64,000 nucleotides of DNA. Origin: an uncultured virus (IMG/VR IMGVR_UViG_3300027416_000239) (taxonomy: Duplodnaviria; Heunggongvirae; Uroviricota; Caudoviricetes). The notes under the pieces are model-generated. The model did not search any database, was not told the origin of the DNA, and saw nothing but the letters and a program-made list of their open reading frames with translations. Within the stretch, counting starts at the first letter, position 1. The number at the start of each line of letters is the position of its first letter. The stretch lies in IMG/VR virus record IMGVR_UViG_3300027416_000239. One strand, given 5' to 3'. Of the stretch, positions 26,771-36,400 are shown in pieces. Made by a program: the position numbers and the translations under genes.

Positions 26771-27426
26771 AATCCAAATCGTGTTTTAGTAGCTTCGTAG
26801 TTTTGAGCAATTTCATCTGCGGATAGTACTCTGTTGTATACCCTAGCAATAGCACAGTAGCATGAGGTAATCTCACTACCGGCGTCTCCTAAAAGGTATA
26901 AAGTACCGGATGTTGCTATTGTATCGCCGTATGTTCCTGTACCGACAGAAGATCCGTTTTTATATCCTGTAATAAGAGAGCCGTTACCTCCTGTCATTGT
27001 ATATGATAGCTGATACCATTCTCCGGCGACCAATCCTCCTGTAAAGTTAGCTGACGGGTATACAAATATATCATTGGCATATGTTCCAAATAACACTCTT
27101 TCTCCTCCTCCGTCGTCAAACCATGTCTGCCATCCTATAGCAAAGCTTTTAGAGTTAAGCCATATCTCATATGTTCTTCCATTCTGAGGGAAAGGAAAGC
27201 TTGTTATTCTAAATCCCTGGTTACCTGTATCGGTAGTTTCAAAAGCTTTAACTCCGTTATAAGTCACCCAGTTACCTGCTGTCATATTAGACATCGTAGC
27301 TTGATATCCATTCTCAGTTAAGTCATACCACGTAGTACCTGTACCTGGGTATGAATTAGTATCAGCAGCATCTAAGGCTAGCTGTAATCCGCTTGTTACT
27401 ATTCTAGGATTGTGGTGGAGTGACAT
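26767..27426 (-). CDS. LamG/ConA-like satellite protein (no insert)
   Basis: GLQLALDAADTNSYPGTGTTWYDL...YNRVLSADEIAQNY..KTRFGL. Confidence 0.8.
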   Translation of the reverse strand: MSLHHNPRIVTSGLQLALDAADTNSYPGTGTTWYDLTENGYQATMSNMTAGNWVTYNGVKAFETTDTGNQGFRITSFPFPQNGRTYEIWLNSKSFAIGWQTWFDDGGGERVLFGTYANDIFVYPSANFTGGLVAGEWYQLSYTMTGGNGSLITGYKNGSSVGTGTYGDTIATSGTLYLLGDAGSEITSCYCAIARVYNRVLSADEIAQNYEATKTRFGL

Positions 27427-30400
27427 TAACCTTTGAGTTTTTTAATTTCTTCTTTCAATTCATCGATCTGCTTTTGCTGTTCTTTGATTGCTTCAATCAA
27501 TATAGCTGTAATGTTACCGTAAGCAACTGAATAAGTTCCTTCAGAGTCCTGAGATACTACTTCTGGTAGTACTTCTAGTACTTCCTGTGCTATAACACCG
27601 ATCTTCTTCTCAGACTCTCCTATCTTATTATACGAAACTCCTCGTAGATTCTGTACTTTTTCTAGAGAATTTTCTAGCGTTACTACGTTTTCTTTTACTC
27701 TAGCATCTGAATAGGCGATTACATCACCGGTTGCACGGATGGTTCCGGTTACGTCTAGTTTGTAGGCTGGTGTGCCTGAGCCGATACCTACATTACCGGC
27801 TATTATTGATAATCTTTCAGATCCTGTGCCGTTAACGTCGTTACTTGTAGCGTTTGTCCAGATGCGGATACCGTCTACTGAGTAATCGTAGCCTATACCT
27901 GCGTATTTGCTATTATTACTGTTAAATATAGCTACAGGGTATGTAGCTGCTAGAGTAATATTTTTATTCCATCCGCCGGTCATTGCAGCACCTCCTTGAA
28001 CATGAAGCTTAGTTGCTGGACTGCAAGTACCGATACCTACTTTACTTCCTGAGATTACTAAATCACATTGATTATAAGCTCCTAATACTACTGTATTATC
28101 AGCAAACGCTTCCATAACCGGTAGACCGGCTATAGTATTTACACTGAATAAGGAATCACTTAGATCATCGCTTACCTCAAATAATCTACCGTTATTTCCA
28201 TCAACGGCCATGATAGTAGTGTTGGCTGTAGAGCCTGATCCTTCTACTATTAGAACATCGGCTCCACCAACTACGTTGAGTTTACCTTCAGGAGCTGTTG
28301 AACCGATGCCTAAGTTTCCATTACTTGTTAGAGTCATTCTATCAGCCCAACCACCACCTGATGTGAAGCTCCAAATTAAGTTGCTTGAACCATTATTCGC
28401 ATTCACGAATTTCATATCAAGCATTGCATTGGTTCCTCCGCCAGAGCTGTTTGGGTTAACTCTAAACGATAGAGCAGAATATGCGTTTGTTACAGTTGAT
28501 TCATTTACTATTGACAAGAACCTACCTGCATCAAGAAGGTCTGTATTTGCCGAATAAGCCGTATTATGTGTAAATGCGATTGTTGTTCCGCTTGTAGCTC
28601 TAGCGGTACCACCTCCTTGAATAAATTGACTAACAATCCTACCTGTTCCATTTACATCTAATTTATAACCCGGACTAGTATTACCAATACCTACGTTACC
28701 ATCTGATTGTACTCTTACAGCACCTGTTGTACCGCCGCTTGAATTTCCTTCTACATAAAGGTTACGTCCCAGTAGGGTATCTGCAGGACCGGCGTATTGA
28801 ATATACGCTACAGCAGCGGAAGCTCCATTACGGAAGTTTAGCTGATCTCCTCCTTCGATTTTTACATGATAATTATCATTGTAGGAACCAAGTCTTATAA
28901 AGCCTGATCCTGCTCTTACATCCAGCTTAGCAGCTGGGCTAGTGACTCCAATACCTATGTTACCAGTATGGGTAATGCGCATCCGCTCATTGTCTTCGGC
29001 GGCTCCTCCAGTACCGTTAAAGCTAGTATAGAATCGTATGTTATGGTCTTCAGTATTAACACCGCGACCTGCTAGAATTCTTAAATCATTACCTTGTGTA
29101 GCTATTGAAGCATCATATACACCGAATGTACCGATTAGTAAAGACGGGTACCCTCCTTGAGCACCAAAGCTAGGAAGATCCGAACCAATTTTGATATAGT
29201 CTAAGAATCCGGTCGAACCAGCTGTATTCTTTCCAATAGTGAGATTAACCGGAGCAGTAGTTACTCCGATGCCTATATTACTGGTAGTGATATTACCTCT
29301 GCCGGTTACTGTTGCTAGAGTTTCACTTCCGGCTGTTCCGGTTACGTTACCGTCTACGTTTCCTAGGAAAGATCCAGTAAACTGGGTTGTTGTTGAAATT
29401 GCTCCGTTAGCATCTGTTTTTAAATATCCTGCTCCGTATTGAGGGAAGCTGATTACTCCGTTTCCTCCCGCTCTAAATACGTCTCCTGATGCTGCATACC
29501 CTCCATTATAGAGGTCCGTAACAGTGAATACTCCGACGCTTCCGTTGTATGTTACACCGAATCTACCTACTGTCTGGTTTAGTGCATTGCTATCGGTAAC
29601 GTTAATACCAGCTAACTTGTTTGTATAACTACTCCAAGATCCTCTGTAAGCGATATTAATAGCATCGTAGTCTGCATCTCCTAGTGCTCTAGAGAAGAGC
29701 ATAGATCCGCTTTCTACGTGTAACATCCGTTTAGGATCAGTAGTTCCAATACCTACATTACCGTTTCTATTAAATACTACTGTAGGGTCGTTAGTAACAG
29801 TATCTCTAGTAGATCTGAGAATTTCAAGTTGGCTGTTATAGTTACCGCTATTACCCGGTCTTGCAACTGTTGCTAGTTTCCAGTTCCAGGCATCGCCGGT
29901 GTTTGTATACGGAGCAGAAGGATTAGTGAGTTCAAAGTAAGAACGAACTGTTCCGTCGGTAAGGTTACCGCCGCCGTGGTAAATGGTGATATTGTTTGAA
30001 GTCTGTGCTCCTGTAATATCACCGGCAAGTATGCTGCCGGATACATGGAATCTAGCTTGAGGAGAAATAGTTCCAACTCCTACATTTCTGCTACTACCCT
30101 TAATAAAGAAAGCATTACCTGCGTAGGTATCAATGTGAAAATCGTCAAGACCGTGCCTACCTGTTCCTATTAATGTGTCTGAGTTTCCTCTATCTCTAAG
30201 TACGATCTCAGGTGCCGATAAGGTATCGATTAGTATACCGTCGTAGGTAGTATCACTTTTAACTTCTAATTTTCTCTCAGGATCTGTGACTCCAATACCT
30301 ACGTTACCATTAGGTACTATAACATCCCCGTTTGGTTGGAATGTCATTATACTTAATAAACTGCTTGCTGAATTATCATACCACTGAATCAATCCTTCAT

Positions 30401-33400
30401 TACCGCCAGCTCTTACTCTAAATCTATCGTTAGTATCTGTAAAGCTATTTGTATCTACAAAGTCCAAAAGAGGAGCTGTAGCACTTATTAAAACTTGACC
30501 ACCAACTTCTAAAGTACTAGTAGGAGTAGTATTACCAATACCTACGTTACCTTCTCTATCAATAACCATTTGGTCAACAAGAGTAGTGGATTGCTTAAAG
30601 GTGCTAAACACCATTTTACCGCCATCGTCAACTCCGTTGTCAAGAGTTCCTTGAGCTTCTGTTCTAATAGAGCCGAAGACGTTTGTCATATTTGTACTAC
30701 CGTCAAAAGACTTGAAGTCAACCTGACCTATCACCTGTCCGTCTATAATACTTGTATCTGAGTTCGATACGGTGATGATCGGTGAAGAAGAATGTACGTG
30801 TAGTGTACTATCTGGTGCTGTAGTGCCAATACCTACGTTACCATCGCTACTATTGATGTGCATGTAAACAGTTGACTGTCTACCAAACTGAATGTTTGGT
30901 ATAGCACCACCTATATTACCATCGTAATCTCCTGAGATTAGGAAGTTATTATAGGTAGGGAATCTGAATATCATATACCCGGATTCGTTGGTAGCAAACG
31001 CGTTGTTAAATTCTACGCGGCTACCAAATTCGGTAGGGTTTCCGTTGTTGTCTACTTTATTAGAAGGTCTCTGTACACGTATATTAGTTGACGTAGAGTT
31101 ACCTCTTGCAACAACGGTTGCTAGAGTTTCACTGGCTGCTGTGCCGGTGATATTACCCTGTAAAGATCCAGTAAATGAAGCAGCAGATACTCCTCCGGTA
31201 AATCCTGCTGTACCGGTAGAATATAAAGTCAATACTCTAGTACCGTCTGGTGTTACTGAGTAGTCAGAAGCATCGTTTGTGTTGTTTACCCAGAAATCTA
31301 AAGATCCTCCTACGCCTGTTCTACCGGCTACGATTCTGTTAGTTCCGTTATTACCTAATTGTAACCCTGCCCATCTAAATGAACCGTGGTAATTATCACT
31401 GGTGGTATATCTAGCTTTAAATGCATAGTTAGCTCCAATACCGGTATCTCCTTCTACGTGAAGTTTGTAGGCCGGGTTAGTTTGTCCGATACCCACAGCA
31501 CCGCTATAGTAATCAATTATAAAATCAGCAGTACCGTTTGACACAAGTCCTCCTTGTCCGATGGTAGGTGTTGTAGTTGCGTCATCAGATCTAATTATCG
31601 CAAATTGATTAATCTTATGTGCGTTGGTGATTAAGAATCTTCTAGAGCTAGCAGAATAGTTTGAGTTTGACCATAATAAAATCTGACCAAAGTCTCCGTA
31701 GTAGTTTGTACCGGCATCTGTTACGTTCTTACCCTGTAAGATAAGTTTTGTATCAGAGGCTGTAGTTGTACTTACATATGATGCACCGATATTAACATAG
31801 CTGTTTGCATCAGTTGCTAGGAAGGTATTACTCTGTACTCTTGCATCTCCTGCTACTTCTAGTTTGTAGCCTGGGGCTGCTATACCGATCCCTACGTTAC
31901 CACCATTCAGGTAAGAGTTACCACTTGTTCTAAGTAATACCTTAGTTGTAGTAGTGCTATCTAGAAGTCCAAAGTATGTGTTAGCACCTTCAATGTATGC
32001 AGAATACTTATTATTATTTGCAAAATGAATAGTACCTCCCGATTTAATTACTGGGTATTGGTTTGCTGAGTATCCTGGTAGATCACCACTCATCTCAATA
32101 TAACCACCACTAGCAATTCCCGATACTCTAACACCACCGCCTTGATATGCAGTTATTCTGTTAGTAGGATCAGTTGTACCAACACCAATTCTACCAGTAT
32201 CCACTACAGACATTACTGTTAAGGCTACATCAGAATCATCTGTTGTTCTACCTGTAGTTTTAAAGTCTGCTCTAGTTCTTGGGTAGTTGTTTCCTGGATC
32301 TTCGTGGAAAGATAACCCTATTGCAAAGGTAGATGCCTTTGATGGAGTAGCATCATTATTTCTATGTAGTCTTAGGATATCTAAGCTACTATTATCTGTC
32401 CTAGCTGTTGCAGCTGTTCCGTATACATCTAATACCGCATTACCTGCTGTTAGGGTGCTGTTTGGAGCATCATCTGCTACTGCTAATTTTGTTTTTGGTG
32501 AATCAGTTCCAATACCTACGTCACCGTTGTCACTTATGCGTACTTTCTCGCTAAAGGTTCCTCCGTAGTTGGTATGGAAGGAGATACTTCCTGATGTTAC
32601 ATCAGATCCTTGTATAGAAGATATTCTGTTTACCTCAGTAGCTGTTCCAGTCTTATTGAAGAACTGAATCATACCGTTCTGATTACCAGGATTGGCTGTT
32701 CTGTTACCTCCTAATTCTATGATGGCAGCATTGTCTCCGGTCTGTGTCTGTACAGAAAGAGTAGTAAAGTCTGCACCGTAGGCAGAGAGCTTTGATGTAG
32801 CTCCAACTATTGTATGTCCTCCGTTTGGATTTAATAAGATGTTTCTGTCTGAAGAGCCTTCAGCTGCTTGAATCCATCCGTAGCTGTTTTCTGCTACACC
32901 TAAAAGAAGTTTAGTGTTCCCGGTTGTATTTGTTACCGAAATAACTTCATTACCGTCGGCTGGGGTATTACTTGCTCCTTTTACTTCTAAAGGTGCCTGA
33001 GGATCTGAAACGTTAACTCCTATGTTACCTGTAAAATAATGTATATCGTCTGAGCTATTACCGAACTTGGTTGAGCCTGATTGGTATATAATAGAAGCTG
33101 ATACAAACGTAGTATGGAATTCTTTAGCTGTAATGATTCCATCTACGGTAAGATCTCCTCCTACTTCTAAATCGTTATCAACACTAACGCTTGCTAGGTT
33201 GTTGTTTGAAGCAGTTCCGTTACTATTCTTAAATCGGAAGAATGTAGTGAGTTCACCGGATCCTGGTGTTGTTCTAGGAGTAAATATTACCTCTGGTGAT
33301 CCTCCATTGTATCCTGAGTATGTTATTTTAACGTTGTCGTATGCTCCGTGATCTCCTACGTAACCTAATCTTAAGCCTTCATCTCCTGCTACAGATACTG

Positions 33401-36400
33401 ATCCGCTTACGTCTAGTTTAATTCCAGAAGCTGGTGATGAAGTTCCTACACCTACGTTACCGTTATTACGTACAAATAAACCATTACCGGCGTTTGTGTA
33501 GACAGCAAATGAATACGCTGTGCCGCTATTTGCTGATGTGTCAACGTAAACACCGTATGGAGTAGTTCCACTGTTTGTAAACGTTGCTATCCATTCATCA
33601 TTGGCAGCTCCTGTTACTACAAACTTCTTGTTAGGTGCTGTAGAACCAATACCTACATTACCGCCATCAGCAACAAGCGTTGTCCAGTTTTCAGAGTTAC
33701 CAAACGCTGCTGGCCCATTGCCTAATGCTCCAAAGTAAGCGTATCCATTTGATCCTCCACCTTGCATAAATGCAGTAGTAGTTCCGTCATCTGAAGCTTT
33801 AATGTAGCCTCCGTATACATGAAGTCTTTGAGAAGGGCTTTTAGTACCAATACCTACGTTACCGCTTCCTTGTACAAATAATCCGTTTCCTCCGGTTGGA
33901 TCTGCTGCTCTAGAGATATATGCTACATCGTCCGATAGTAGCATGTTACCGAAGTAAGCCGGAGCACTGTTTCCTACTTTAATGTAAGTGTATTCGTTTA
34001 GTCCGTTTATACCTCTTCTAAAGTTACCGACCATTCCTGAGGTGTCGGCAGTAGAATATACGTGTATTGTAGCGTCAGGAGAAGTTGTCCCAATACCTAC
34101 ATTACCATCTGATTTGAAGTAAAGTTTTGCTGTGCCTGCACTGATTGGATCACCGCCATTAGAATCACTCTGGTATATTCCAAAATCACTGGCAGCTAAA
34201 TTTGTAGTCGCAAATCCCCAGCTCTTAGTACCGCCGGTAGACGACTTCATTTTTATTGTGGATACATCGTTTGTAATGATGGTTAAACCATTGCCCGATG
34301 TTGCTTGTACATGAAGCTTATCTGCAGGAGCTCTAGTACCAATACCAACATTGCTTCCTGTATCTTCTGTATAAACATATCCATCACCGTCGGTCCAGCC
34401 TCCGCGTACCGTCTTTCCTTTTACCCAAAGCCAGAGTTTGGTAGTCTCGCTTGTACCTCCTGATCCGTTACCTACGTCAGCAGTATCAAATGCGTCACCG
34501 TAACGCGCTACAATATTCCCATCATCGTAACCGACAATAGAATGCTGACTTACTATATCTTGACCGGTGTTTGTTAAATTATGAGACCATCCTAATGTAC
34601 CGTCTGATGCTAGTGATTGAATGGACATAGTGTTACCGGCTGTAGTAAGTACATCCCAGTACGCTACCGATCCTGGTGCATCACTTAAACCGTTCGATTT
34701 ATGAGCGGTATTGGTGTAATTAAACTTGATGTTATGTGAATAATCAAATCCAATTAAACCGTCTCTAACAGATGGGTTAATAGCAGTACTCCTAGGGTAA
34801 AGACCTGAGTTAGCTTCAGACCACCATTTTTTCCACTCTACTCCTTCTTTTCTGTGGTAGTACCAGTCTCCTGATGAGTTTGTACCGCCTGAATCTACAC
34901 TTGGAGCGGCATGAACTCTAAAGTCGTTTACTACGTAGTTACCGAAGTTAGCAGAGAATGCATTTACTGCAGTAGATCCTAATACGGCTGCTGTAGAAGT
35001 AGAATCAAGACCCCATGTGTAGTCGGTAGTAAACGATGCTACAAGCATCCATCCTGTCTCTCCTTGAGCATCAGGAGTAGTAAAGTCTACGTACACCTGA
35101 ATTGGAGCAGCTAGCTTTCCTCCTGGGTTGATATAGTACAGTCCGTTGCCTTCATCTAGTCCTGCTGCGATGATTTCTTGCGGTGATTGGAAAGATGAAG
35201 AAGGGTGCTTAGCAGCATTATCTGTAAGCTGATACTTACCTGCTACTACTGTACCGTCTCCGTATACTACAAAGTCTGTTCCTGCTGAATCGTAAGCGTG
35301 TATATACCTAGTATCAATACCTGAGTAGGAACCTGCGTTAAGTTCTACAAATGCTTGATTATTGTTGTTTGTATAGTTTGCACCTACAATGTATATACCG
35401 GATCCTTTGTGAGATCCATATCCTCTATTTACATATATAACAGCTTTATCACCTGAGTTAGGCGGCTCTACTCTTAATCCGTAGATGTCGTCATATTGAG
35501 GATTAAAGAATCCTCTTTGTGCTCTAATTTCGCTAGATCCTGAGATGTCACCGACGACATGTAGTTTAGCTCCTGGAGTAGTAATACCTATACCTACGTT
35601 ACCTGAGGAGTTCCAAGCTAAGACTGGTGTACCGAGAGCTGCATTTGTAGCTCCATATCCTAATGACCATATACCGGTACCGTCGTTCTGAATTTGACCA
35701 TAATTTAAACCTGGGGATCCTAGTAGTATCTGAGGAATTGTAGAAGCGCCAACTTCTGAGTGTATAGTTCCTCTTACTTCAAACTTAGTATATGGAGAAG
35801 TGTTACCAATACCTACGTTAGTTCCGGTATCATATATAACGGAGTTAGTGAGCGAGTTAGTACCGCTCCATTTGGTAACATAGTTTGCTGTTCCTGTTCC
35901 TGTTAAGGAAGGATTGGCAGTTTCGATAATCTTACCTGTAGAATCTACCGAAAGGTTGTAGGCGGCTGTGCCTGTGACAGTACCTGAGCCGTATTCATTA
36001 AGTCTTACATCACCGGCACTTAATATAGAAAGAGCTTGCACTAATGTTGAACCTCCTGAGGTTTGATTACTCACCCAGAACTCTAGATTACTTCTGTAGG
36101 ATCCGTAGTTACCTGTTCTGATTAATGCTTCATAGTTAGCAGCACCGCCTCTAAATAAGATACCGTGTCTTGCTCCTGTTGAATCATCACCGCTTTGTAA
36201 AGTTAAATCATAAACTGTACCTGTACCTCCTCTATATACATGAAGTATGGTACTAGGGTTTGTGGTACCTATACCGACACTACCGCTATAATCTACTGCG
36301 AGACCTAGATTCTGGTTGTTATAGAGTCTTAGTGTCTCAGTAGAAACACCACCTCCGTCTGACTGTGCAGAGATCCATAAAGATCTTTCAGAAGATTTTA

